Positions 39,573 to 52,071 of a DNA stretch of 64,000 bases are shown piece by piece. Below the pieces are notes generated by a model that did no database searches, was not told where the DNA came from, and saw only the letters and a program-made list of their open reading frames with translations. A program made the translations under genes and the position numbers. This DNA is from Octopus bimaculoides (lineage: Eukaryota), in contig NC_068986.1 in assembly GCF_001194135.2 (NCBI RefSeq), positions 41,260,661-41,324,660 on the forward strand, read 5' to 3'. Each line of letters begins with the position of its first letter. Position 1 is the stretch's first letter.

Positions 39573-39754
39573 GGTCTATGTCTCTTTCTCCTTGACATGA
39601 TAGTTTATAACTATCATACAATATCAAGACATAATACAAGCGATGCCCTACATCTCCAATTGTCCCTGTAAACATGTTTGGTCATGGGAAAAATATTACC
39701 TTGCTTGGAAACAGGTAAAGGTTAGTGAAAGAAAGGGCATCCAACTACAGAAAA
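39380..39754 (+). mobile_element. SINE family B with (TG)n spacer; 3' end lost in a gap
   Basis: Same head as family A, different tail (GGGAAAAATATTACCTTGCTTGGAAACAGG). Confidence 0.8.
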
Positions 39755-39892
39755 NNNNNNNNNNNNNNNNNNNNNNNNNNNNNNNNNNNNNNNNNNNNNN
39801 NNNNNNNNNNNNNNNNNNNNNNNNNNNNNNNNNNNNNNNNNNNNNNNNNNNNNNNNNNNNNNNNNNNNNNTATATATATATATATATATATA

Positions 39893-39995
39893 TCATCATC
39901 GTTGTTTAACGTCTGTTTTCCATGCTGGCATGGGTTGGATGGTTTGACTGAGGACTGGCAATCCAGGAGGCTGCACCAGGCTCCAGTCTGATCTG
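39893..39995 (-). repeat. SINE/RTE-type 3' tail
   Basis: CATCATCGTTGTTTAACGTCTGTTTTCCATGCTGGCATGGGTTGGATGG; closely similar to 60725-60860. Confidence 0.75.
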
Positions 39996-40080
39996 TAATG
40001 TTTAAATTTATTTCAGCTCTTTTTATCTGTCTCTCTGTATGTATGTGAGTGTGTGTACACACACAAGATCNNNNNNNNNN

Positions 40081-40117
<37 letters not shown>

Positions 40118-43100
40118 GTGAGAGAGAGAGAGAGAATACATTAGCTTGCTTTTTCAACAAATAAATAACCTTTCACCCTTCGAAAATATTAAGCAAACTA
40201 ATTTGAATAAATAATACATTGTCTTCTGCAGCAGCTGATGATAAAATTAAATATAACATGAAAATAGCCTTGTATATCAGTAATCAGAACATGCCTGGTA
40301 TTATCTCTTAGAATCTACACAGCTGTAGCTTAGATGATATGTCTAATCTTTATTCTATTCTTTATGCCATCTTGTGTTTCTCTTCATTACTGATTTCATT
40401 CTAGAAATCAGCTCCCAGTAATCCTTGTTAATAAAATAATAGTCTTTGACATAGACTTAGAATAGATTTTCTGCAAGGCCTGTCTGATCCTCTGAAGAGG
40501 ATAATTGGAAAATAGGAATATTTTGTTTTGTTTATTTGATTTGATTTAGCAGTAGGTTGAGATGCACATTTATTAAGCTTAAAACAAATCTATGATTATA
40601 TATGTATGTATAATCTGAGTTAATAAATTGGTATATTAAAAAATTAGTTTGTAAAATGTTGTGTATTGTAAATCTCTTCAATAGTATAAAGATTAGGAAC
40701 TTTTTTTTATCATAATCCTGTTGGATATCTACATGTGCTGATTATATTAATGTATGTGCAATATATAAAGAGATATACAAACATGAATCTAGTCTGATAG
40801 TAATAGTGGAAGCTATCTATCCCAACAATTTAGGGTTGGATTATGTGTGTGACTCACAAGTAAGGTTCAAAGTTAGCAGTGGTTTTTATCTTCTCATAAA
40901 ATACCTGGCACTTAAGACTAATTAAAGTGAACCGTGCTGTGTTGGAAATAACTGACTTTAAGTTCCAATATCTTTAGCCTATTATCTGGGTATTTATTTT
41001 GTTAAGTACACTTCATCTGATGGATATGTACAATGTCAGCAATAAGGATGAGATAGAAATCTGCGTGTATGCAAAATAATTAGAATAAAAAGGAAGATAT
41101 CAGGTATTTTCTCCAGCCATCTTGATAAAATTCTTATCTGTGTATGTTGAATCAGATCTATGAAATATTCTCATTAATTATATTGTTATATAAAATAGAG
41201 TTTCTGAGGTTTGTCTTTCCACTGCACTGCTTTAAACCAGTTTACTTATTTGCTATGGTAGAGGGATATGGGATATTGAGACTCTCCTCTGTCTGTGTGT
41301 GTGTGTGTGTGTGTGTAATACACACACACACTCACACATCCACACTATTGTTCATCAGTACTGTATAAATGAAATATTAATATAAACAACCAGCCAAAAG
41401 TATGAAGTGATGTTAGACATGATTATATTTTTAATTATTTAATTTGCCTCTTATAACCTGCTACTTTTGATGGGTCAAGCTTTAGTACAGGTGTTGCAAA
41501 TTAGATAGTTGTTGAGGACAACGACAGTCATAATTTAATTTGTAATGTCTAAATGATGAAGGTGACTGAAATTTAATAGGTTTATGTTGTTTCTTTTGCC
41601 TTCTCCACTTGTTAATATCACAAATAGACCCATTAGTGACATTGGAAGGGAAACTTCTTTGCAATGCTGATTATGATAGTAAAACTATGTCGAAGATGTT
41701 TATGATCTCTTCTTTAAAAAGTACAATGGTTATAAGGTAAACATACTGAACTTCTGACCCCCATGGATTTAAGTTCTCTTACTACATCATTTGTGTTGTA
41801 TCTCTGGATAAGTGACATAAATCAGCTTGTTTCACTAGGCCTAATTGCTTAAAACAAATCCTGCTCCTACTTGACAGTTGTTGCGTTTTATTTGATTAGC
41901 TCCAGTTTAGCATATGATTGACAGCATTACTCCCCCCACCCCAGCTATGACCATTGAATCTTTTATTTAAGCATAATGTTATCCCAGTGTGGGCACTTCT
42001 AAGATATTAAAGTGTGATTTGATGGAGATTTGCTAGTTATTTTTTGCAGGTCAAGCAACTGCATGGAGGAAATTCACTATTTCCAAAATTCATAAAAGAA
42101 TGTGCTTAAAGCATTAGCATAAATATATTGAGATAAATGAATGTGTCTTCATCCATAGTGACTGGATATGCATCAAACACATTGTCAAGCAATTAGAACA
42201 ATTAGACATTTCAGCAAGTCTGCCTGTCTCTTCTCTCTCTACTTATCTATATTTTAAGCTAAACAAAATTACCCATCTGCAATATATCTACAATGTATGT
42301 ATCTCTGTAGTGGAATGGATGGAAGAGAATGATTTGCTAGGAAAAAAGTACTTTTATTTATATTTACAAGACTTTGTACTGTTAACCATTCATCTATGTT
42401 CACTGAAGAGCAGTGAATCAATAGGATTGTTCCTTCTTCAGTGGGAAAGAGTATTGCTCTCTTCCTTCTTCCCCTGTTCTCTCTCTCATATTCATTATCA
42501 TATGTATGTACACAAATATTTATATGCATGTGTATGTGTGGGTGTTCATATATGGGTGTGTGTTTGTGCATAAACCTTCATTATTTTCACTTTTGAATAT
42601 TGTACTTATTTCTTCATTTTTGATATAGATTAATTTGTAATCTATTATTCAATTTTAAATAACATTCCAGTTCTATATACCAAGTAGGACACAGACATTC
42701 ACCACAAATTAATCTATTTAAAAATCAGAATGCTTGTGAAACATCCATCAATTATGATGTATACAAGTCATGCTTATATGTATATATAGAATTGCGCATG
42801 TATTATGGATACTTCATTGTGATGGTTTTGCTTTTAGCAATTCATTGTTGAATGCAATTTCGTGTGTGTGTGTGTGAGAGAGAGAGAGAGTGGGGGGGGA
42901 TGAACTCAATAATTGTGGAGGTATTGAATTTTCTTTTTCTGCAGTCATGTGTGAAAATGTGTGTATGTATGTATGTATGTTTCTATATGCATTTATATAT
43001 ATTGTTCTAAAGTTAGCAAAACCTTGCTCAGATTTGTTCCTCATTGCTAAAATATTTGCTTCGTAATTATTTTTACTAGAGTTTGATCCTTTTGAAGGTT

Positions 43101-43589
43101 CTTAAGCCATTAAATTGTTTTGAGAATAAATTATTCAGATACACTACCCATATGAGTATTAGCATATTTAATGTAGAAAAAATTACAAAAATACTGACAC
43201 AGTATAATTACATGGTGGAGAAAAGACAAAGCAATTCTTGTTTTCTATATTAGCTGCAATGCATTTACTTCATGATTTTCTCTTCACTTTGAGTTCAGTG
43301 AAGTCTGTTTTACTAATAGTCATAAGTCTGGAAAGATTTTCAGTTTTTTTTTGTCTGTATTTGCCAAAATAATTAAAATATTATTAATCAATGACTAATA
43401 TTGTATTTTTTCTCACCACATAATTATTTCACGTTAGTTTTTTTTTTATGGTCTCTTCATTAAATATGCTAATACTAAATTAACTATATTGTTTGTATAC
43501 CAGAATAAATCAATGAGTGTTGGTAGATTTGGCAAATTAGTGCATAATCAAAATTACATGCTACACCATAAAGTACATGAACTGTGTGT

Positions 43590-43752
43590 GTGTGTGTATA
43601 TATTTTTCTCTCCTTGTTTCTTTCTGTGTTCCTTTCTGTTGAAGAGCGTAGGCTCGAAACGTTAAAGACTTTTCTATTCCTGAGCATTATACTAATACAT
43701 CCATTTGTTGTTTAAACCACCTGTCTTCGTCTGTTGTTTTTTCGTGAATTCT

Positions 43753-43756
<4 letters not shown>
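43590..43756 (+). mobile_element. Penelope-like element end with a hammerhead-like motif, next to (TA)n
   Basis: CTTT-CTGTTGA-A-GAGC-GTAG-GCTC-GAAACGTT-AAAG at 43632-43667; locally CpG-rich; followed by (TA)n. Confidence 0.55.
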
Positions 43757-43798
<42 letters not shown>

Positions 43799-44007
43799 TA
43801 TATAAGGCAAATAAGAAAATACCTTATAAATTCTGGGTAAATTTCTGTTTTGCCCCCACTCATACCTAGTATTCAATTGTGATACTGCCCTGCAATAGCA
43901 AGCACTTGGATATAGATATGTAGGTATACATCCTGTAGTATATTGGATATTTATTATCCCTTAGATGGTTGCTTAACCTCTAACTCATACAGATGTGTGT
44001 GTGTGTG

Positions 44008-44039
<32 letters not shown>

Positions 44040-44075
44040 AATATATATATATATATATATATGCATATAAGCAGC

Positions 44076-44270
44076 GATGACCACTAGGTGGACATCCAAT
44101 ATGCTAGAAAGAGGTCATCAACGACCCAACCACAAAAGAAAAATCATGTTCTCCAGAAAAAAGAGCTCTGGTATTTTGATGAATTTTTTCTGGAGAACAT
44201 GATTTTTCTTTTGTGGTTGGGTCTTTGATGACCTCTTTCTAGCATATTGGATGTCCACCTAGTGGTCATC
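44076..44270. repeat. Near-perfect long inverted repeat
   Basis: Arms 44076-44162 and 44184-44270 (87 bp, one mismatch), 21-nt spacer. Confidence 0.95.
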
Positions 44271-44370
44271 CCTTCTTATACTCATGTAATACAATTTTTC
44301 TGAATTATCAGATTTTTTGATATGCTAGACTACTGGTTTTAAATTGAAATTAATATTCAATTTATACCCT

Positions 44371-44401
<31 letters not shown>

Positions 44402-44411
44402 NNNNNNNNNN

Positions 44412-44499
44412 AAAGTAAAGTAAATATCATAAGATAAATATAATATAATATTATAATAATAATAATATTATATTTATCTTATGATATTTACTTTACTTT
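44412..44499. repeat. Perfect 35-bp-arm AT-rich inverted repeat beside an N-gap
   Basis: 44412-44446 is the reverse complement of 44465-44499. Confidence 0.85.
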
Positions 44500-44641
44500 A
44501 TATTATACTCATTTATTGTGCTTTTAATTATTAATTTTTCTATATGTGATAGTGGATTTTCATCGATGAGTTCTTGAAAATTGGTTATTTTCCCTAAAAC
44601 TATATATATATATATGTATGTATGTATGTATGTATATTTTT

Positions 44642-44976
44642 TTTTACTTGTTTCAGTCATTAGACTGCAGCCATTTAGTTAAATGTATTGACCCTAGTAC
44701 TTATATTTTGGGGAGCTGTTACTTATTCTATCAGTCTCTTTCACTAAACCACTAATTTACGGACACATAAACATACCAACATTGGTCGTCAAGATACACA
44801 CACACACACACACACACACAAAGGGTTTCTTTCAGTTTACGTCTACCAAATCCACTCAAAAAGCTTTGGTTGGCCTGAGGCTATAGTAGAAAACACCTGC
44901 CCAAGGTGCTATGCAGTTAGTCTGAACCTGAAACCATGTGGTTGGAAAGCAAGCTTTTTACTACACAGCTATGCCT
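44642..44976 (-). mobile_element. SINE family A, decayed
   Basis: Colinear with 38329-38804. Confidence 0.8.
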
Positions 44977-46264
44977 AGACTTGCTACAAAATATTCAGGG
45001 CTTCTTACATGCAGACTGCCTGCAACAAACCTCTTTAGCTTGAGAAGTGAATGCTTGTGTAACACACACATATACTAAAATTTAAAAAAAAAAAAAAAAA
45101 GAAAAGGTGTCAGATGAGATCTCAACTTGTCCATGGCAAAGCCACTTAACCTTAACTTTGTATGTGATTGTGTGTATGTGTGTGTGTGTGCATATGTATA
45201 ACAACAAAGAGAGAGAGTGAGAGAGAGAGAGAGAACAATAAGATCCAACCCTCATAGTTATAAACTATGAGAAATTCATTGCTAGAAGGAATTTATAATT
45301 AACAAATATTTATGAAGCTTAAGTGATGAAATCAAGTCAAACTTAGGCCATGAAACAGGTACTCATGTTATGGCCTTGCTCTCAATATGAATGCATTAGT
45401 GCTATAATTTCCACACTTCATATAAAGGCAGCCCAAAAATTTGTTAGTTTTTCAATACATTTTAAATTTTCAATTAATTTTTAATACATGTATGTATTTA
45501 TATCTTTTTAATCATGTAATTCATATACATATAAGTTTCAAATTCACTTAAGAAATTTCTCTTCTTCTAAATTGTTTTCCAAGGGTAAGGAGAATTATAG
45601 ACAAATAGTACTGTGAGGTTCGAAAATCTGTATATTGTAAAACATGTAGTCTACTCTATTTGTTTATTTTCATCACTTCTGCTACTCCAGTAAATATAAT
45701 TAATATTGCTCTTCCATTTTGAAGATAAATCATATAGCATAATTGTCTCATTGTTCACGAAACTTTGGAAAAGCACAATATCAGCATTCCACTATTAGTA
45801 GTTTGAACTTCATGACATGAATTCTTTTAAAAACTCTTACCATCACCCATTTCTATTATTATCACTCCTCTTTAACCCTGACATGTTTCAGTTGCTAGCC
45901 TATCTAACTACTTATGCTGTTTTGTCTTTTTATTCAACTCATTAATATGGTTACTTTTTCTCCTCCTTTGCCATCTTTCCTACCAAACCACCACTTTGTA
46001 TTCCCTCCATCACATTCATATTCAAACTTTTTCTTTTTTTTTACACTTTGTCATCTTTCATCTTCTATTCTCACTTTTCATTCCTGAGAAGAATGGAAAT
46101 GACATGGAGCAGGGAGGACTCAATAGTCTTTCAGAGAGTAAAGCAATGTCTCTAGTGTTGTTGCCATGATAAAATACACCCTGTGCTCTCGGTAATGTGG
46201 TTAGCATTTGGTTGGCAGTGACATAGGTGTGAGAGCGTTCATTATATGGCAACAACATAGGGCT

Positions 46265-46500
46265 TAATGATCACTCCAGTGCTGATGCCTTGATAACATG
46301 CACCCTGTACTCTCTGCAAAGTAGTTGATATTGGGAAGGGTATCTAGCTGTATGAAACATGCCAAGAATGGAACATAGAAGTGAAGTATGTTCCTCTGAG
46401 CCATCTACTAGGTATGTAATTCTAAATAAGAACTTTGCTTGGACTGTGACAACCCATCCACCCAATGCCAGCACAGGAAGCAGATATAAATGATGATGAT
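46265..46500 (+). repeat. SINE 3' half with GAT-repeat tail
   Basis: GGGAAGGGTATCTAGCTGTA...CCCAATGCCAGCACAGGAAGCAGATATAAATGATGATGAT. Confidence 0.6.
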
Positions 46501-49292
46501 AACATCAGTTATAGTTAACCCCATGAATTAATAACTTTGCAATATGATGTAAATTAGTTTAACATGTCATGCAAAAGGGTCTTGCTTGACATGATAAATT
46601 TGTTTTCCTCATGACAAACATTAGTGTCATAAGAAATTATAATTTCACTGTGAGGGCTTTTTGTTTTTACTATTAGCTAATAATAGTCCATCACTAGTTT
46701 CTTCAGATTCTGTTATTTCACCTTGAAATGATAAATCTCACACTGCTAGTCATGTGTTAGCTGTCTCGTTAGGTTTTCTATTATAGCCCAAGTGTTTCTT
46801 TATGGTGAAACTAAATCTTGTGTAGATATATCAACCCTATTATGCTGTGTTCCTGGTATAGTGGGAATAGCCTAAATGTAATCTCTGCCAGAATCCCAAG
46901 GAACAACACACATAGAAAAAGAAGATAGAATACTAAAATTAGACAATCGATCATATTGAGATTTTCTAGTCAAGTGGGTTTATGACTTGTTGATAATGAT
47001 GTTTCTCATTGCTGTTGTTTACTTTTGTTTTTAATTTTTAAAGAATAGATTTTTGCAATGAAACATGTGATAACCCCAGTACTTTGGTAAATGAGCAAGG
47101 CCTAGACTTTTTGCATTTGAGGAAATTATTGATGATGTTTATTCTTTGGGTGAAGAGTTTGCCCTTATGCAGACAATGAGCGTGATTCAGACAATCAAGC
47201 TGGTGAAAATGATGAGGAAAATAGCAATTCAGGTGAACAAATACAGTAGTTGAGAGATAGGCTTATTATTGTTATTCTCTTTTTCTGTTCATTAGTCTGC
47301 CTGCAATCATTAGTCTTGAGCTGTGTATGCAACTATTTATTTTACTTTTTGCTCAGAAGCCCAGCTGGAGAGTAAAGTTAGACACAGGGGCCCCAGATCT
47401 GAGAGGGTTAAGTGTTAATTCACCAGCTCATTTTGTCTTAGGTAATTTTCATCATTTGATCTACATCAGTTATAACTGGGTAAGGATGTATCTAGCCAAA
47501 TGAAATTAGTCAAATAAAATGATAATGATAATCTTAAATTACTTCATTTTAGAATGTTAAAAATAGTCTCCTGTTTATGTAGCTAAACACTTTTTTTTAC
47601 TTTATTTTAGGAATGGTAAATTTGATTGGGTATATCCTTCACTTGTTCAGAAAGCCTCATTCATAGATTATACATATAACAGGAGAATGTTGATAATCAA
47701 ATATGATTGAGTTGTACAATGGGGATATGTACTGCTTGCATAAGAGTAGATAGACATGCACACACACACACCCATTCTTTTGTTGGAATTATGATTGCTG
47801 GTTGATACTTTCATATGTTCATAATTGTTATGGTCGACATAAAGATATTTTTTGGGATTGTATCAGTTGTTTAATAGTTTCTGGAGTTTGTGTGTATATG
47901 CTGAGATATCATTGATTATTAACATTTTATTCCTGTCCATCCATTCTCAATAGCTAAACACTGCTTACTGTTTAGTTATGTATCCATTTGAGCTCTACTT
48001 TCCTTCATTGATCCATGGCTACATTGCTTGCTGTCTTATTAGTTCATTCCATTTGGCCATATTATCTTTCTATATCTGCATTAACTATCTTATGTCAGCT
48101 AATAGTGTAGTCCAACACCAAACTCTTCTGCTCTTTTCACAGTGGATTTGTTTCATGGCCAATATCGTTGATTGTCATTAAATTGGTGTTAGGAAAGATT
48201 TTAGATTTATATTTGGCTATGCCACCTAACCCCTCACACATTCACACCTACAAGCACACATAGGTTAAATGTTAAACAAGAAAGAACTCAATTAAAAACT
48301 GCCATTTCAATAAATACATACAAAAGTTATGCTGAAGAATAATCCAACCCTCAAATGTGTGTGTGGGTGTGTGTGTTAATTGGTATAAAATACTTAGAGC
48401 CAAATAGTATTAAACCTTCCAACAGGAACCAAACCCACCTTCTCTTGCTGATTCGTTAAACATACTAACCATTGCAGTTGGTAATATTGTCATGTTCAGA
48501 TTGAGCATACAGATGTTTAGCTGTATAGCAGTAAGTACCTATTCATGGATACATAAGTCATAGAATGCTCTTTAGTAAGTTAACTCGTGCAAAATTAGGT
48601 AAATTGCACCAATACAAAAAAAGAAAGGGTAACATTTTATAATATCTTCTAATGATGGTTTGGACACCAAACTTCAGTGAAATAGTCAACAATAAATTAT
48701 ACAGTTTTCTTTCTTTCTACCTTTACATCTTTAATTATCTATTCACAATTAATGTTTTGTTTATACGTGTAGCCAATGACAACTAAGACTTTAATCCCAT
48801 TACGCCAGTTTCATGTAGCCCCAAATATTATCATTGCTATTCTATATATACAAAACTACCAGTTTCATAGATTAATTCCCAAAGGGACACACAGACTCCC
48901 ACACACAATTTTCATGCATCAAATACATACATTCAAACATTAAGTACACTTATTTTTTTTATAAAATAAATACATTACATGTATGTGTGAATTTGTTGAT
49001 TAACATTCTTAGTTTGTGTGTGTGCTTGTGTGAATATATGTTTATTAGTGTATGTTATGCACTCACATACACACAAACACACACATGCATAAATATGAAC
49101 CAAAACAAACAAATCTCCTTTCTCACTAGTAAAATTAAAGCTTCTGATTTGACTACTGTAAGTTGACAAGTCTCTTTGGTGTACTGATTGGTATTGTAGA
49201 CATTTGGCTAACAGTTGATTCATGGTTTGATACCTGTTAATGACTACACTTTTAACATACACAAGCACACACATGTACGCACATGCAGGCAG

Positions 49293-49332
<40 letters not shown>

Positions 49333-49565
49333 TCTACTTTTATATATTTTTTTAAGTATCAATAGTGTATGCCCATCAGATGAAGGCATTTGCTAACAGT
49401 ACCTAAGTAATAATCACAAACACTACATAACGTAATTATTAATCTCATTTCTTCCTTTTTATAAAAGAACTTGGATTCTCATCTTTGCATTATATCCTCC
49501 CAGTCAAAAATGTTCATGCCATTCCTCTCCTGGTAAGCACCAGAGTTATAGTATGAAACCTTTTC

Positions 49566-49773
49566 TTATCCCTTTAGCATTTAAATTAGCCACATCCAGC
49601 CAATATTCTGCCTGTTTTATAACCAAACTGGTCTGATCCAGCCTCTCATACCTAAAAATAAATAATCACATTATTGAAATCTGAAAGGTATGTGATAATG
49701 AACGTTTAATCTCAAACAATGTGAATAAATAAGCATTACATTTGACAGAGAAATCTCAATGTTAAAGGGTTAT
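49566..49773 (-). mobile_element. piggyBac-type MITE family A
   Basis: CCCTTTAGCAT...ATGTTAAAGGG termini with decayed TTAA flanks; inverted relative to 8257-8532. Confidence 0.7.
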
Positions 49774-50847
49774 GTTAAATTATTACTAGATTTCTGCTTT
49801 TAATATGATTTTTATTTCAGTGCTTACATAATGTTTTTTCTACTAACCAAAATAGTTATTGCTATAATTAATTTTTTTTTTTTTTTCACTCTCTTGAAAG
49901 TATTATATATCTTTCTTTATACTTAACTAGATCTTTCAACTGCATGTGTCTAAAATTCATAATGTTAAATGATAGTGAAAAATGGACTGTGAATGTAGAG
50001 AATCTGCAGTGGCTGGAAAAGTCTGTGCTGAGAATGAGTTGTTGGATATGCAGTATTAATTAATTTGTAAAAAAAGATTGTGAACAAATGAGTTGTGAAA
50101 AAGTTGAGTATCAATTACATTAGCTATCTACAGAAGACAATCACTGCATTAGTGGGAACATAAAATGCAATAGAGGGTGATTGGGTGAGGGAATATCCTC
50201 AGTAGATAGACTAAGGTTTTGTGAATTGTATGTCTTGTGTGAAAATATTGGTTTTCACAAAGTATGATAATGGAGATATTGTGTTGTTGAGTTTCCACGA
50301 GTAGCACAGAAAGCATATTTTTTAAATGACAAGATTGGATTGTGAACAAAGTAACGCAGTTATCTTGTCAAACATTATTGAGCATTTTGCATTCATATCT
50401 ATCTACCTATGTATGTATACATATATAAATATGTCTCAATATAGAATTTCTGGAATGTATATGAGTCCATTTTTATCTGATTTCCAACTGAAGAGACAAA
50501 ATCCATTTGTTTGAATAAATTCAGTTGAGTGCTGAATTGTTTGTAATTATTATATATTGAATAGAGAATATTTTTTAGTAACTTTTTCATTTCATATTTA
50601 CTTTAAACTATAATATCATTTGTATTAGATAACCATAGACATCCTTTTTTTTTTTAACTGTAATTTGATAACAGACCTAAATATAAACTTTTCTAGAGAA
50701 ATATTTTTGTAGCTGGTTGTCTCAATATCTGTTTATTCCAGTTCGCACCTATAGTTTTATGACAAGCTAAAATAGTTATAATCTAATTCATGTTCACCTA
50801 GTCAAAAGTAACCTAATTTCACATGCAAATATTTTGCTTCATTTATT

Positions 50848-50881
<34 letters not shown>

Positions 50882-50991
50882 GCATGCCACACTAAAATGT
50901 ATCTGAAAGTGTAGGTTTTTCATGTCACCAATGATCTACAACATTTTCATTTCCACACATGATCCCAGATCAGATCTTTTTCTTAAAATAT

Positions 50992-51221
50992 TTAATCCTT
51001 TCATAATCATATTTCTCTTGAAATACATTGTTTTTGTTTCAATTAATTTTGAAAATACTGAAGAATTTAATAAAATAACTATTGTTATTAACCTAGTTTT
51101 TGGAACAAATTAACTTGAAAGTCTGATGAAAGGTTTTAACTTAGATCACTTTAAAGCAGGAAGTTTGGTATTATAGAACAAAGTAAGAGTAGTCTCAAGC
51201 AGGCTGGTATCAAATGGTTAA
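50992..51221 (+). mobile_element. piggyBac-type MITE family B
   Basis: TTAA-TCCTTT...AAATGG-TTAA; interior differs from family A. Confidence 0.65.
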
Positions 51222-52035
51222 AGATGTGTGTCTGTATTTGTCTATACTTCTGCCTGCATGTTCTCTTAGCAACACACATATTCCATTGTCCATTTCCTTT
51301 TTACTTATCTCTTCATTTTCCTTATTAATTCCTGTATCTATCAGTAACTTTTCTCCTTGAACTCTTTTACTTCATTTTTTTTTTATGTATCCCCCATTGT
51401 TCTTGTTCTTCCTGCTAACCCTGTAACAGGATGTGTGTGTGTGTGTGTGTGTGCAGCAGGAGTTTGGGTTTTTTGGCATTACACATGCACACACACACAC
51501 TTATAAAGTGTGTGTGCATGTGTAATGGAACTTCCTGTATATTTAATAAAATGAAAAGGAAAGAAAAACAGCTTTACAAATAGTGTAGAAAATAAAATAA
51601 TAAACTACATTGCTTTTGTTATTTAGAAATCATGAATAGATTTTAAGTATTACACTCTCTTCACCCCCTTTTCTGCTTAAAGGTAAGAAATATATCATTA
51701 CACCTTTTCTTTCTTGTGACCCAACAGCTATCTAACATGNNNNNNNNNNNNNNNNNNNNNNNNNNNNNNNNNNNNNNNNNNNNNNNNNNNNNNNNNNNNN
51801 NNNNNNNNNNNNNNNNNNNNNNNNNNNNNNNNNNNNNGCAGACATACTACTGTGGATACTGTTGTCTTTCTTTCACTCTATCCTCACCTCCTTTCAGCTT
51901 TTTATAAAGATAAAAAAAAGCTTTCATTGTTTTAGTTATCATTAAAGCAATCAGGAAAAAAACTAATGCAAAATTCTATTAGTTCCCATTTAGCCTGAAT
52001 GTATGATTCTTTGTATTTTTTATTAGTGGTAGATG

Positions 52036-52071
<36 letters not shown>

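Noticed and set aside
48142-48171. VDLFHGQYR after a good acceptor, resembling a ubiquitin-specific protease motif
   Set aside because: In-frame TGA follows with no donor; no Cys or His box found in the window
49372-49402. CAGATGAAGGCATTTGCTAACAGTA, hammerhead-like; also a minus-strand CTGAAGA...GAAACAGTA near 20325-20357
   Set aside because: Core or stems I/II are broken; not distinguishable from chance
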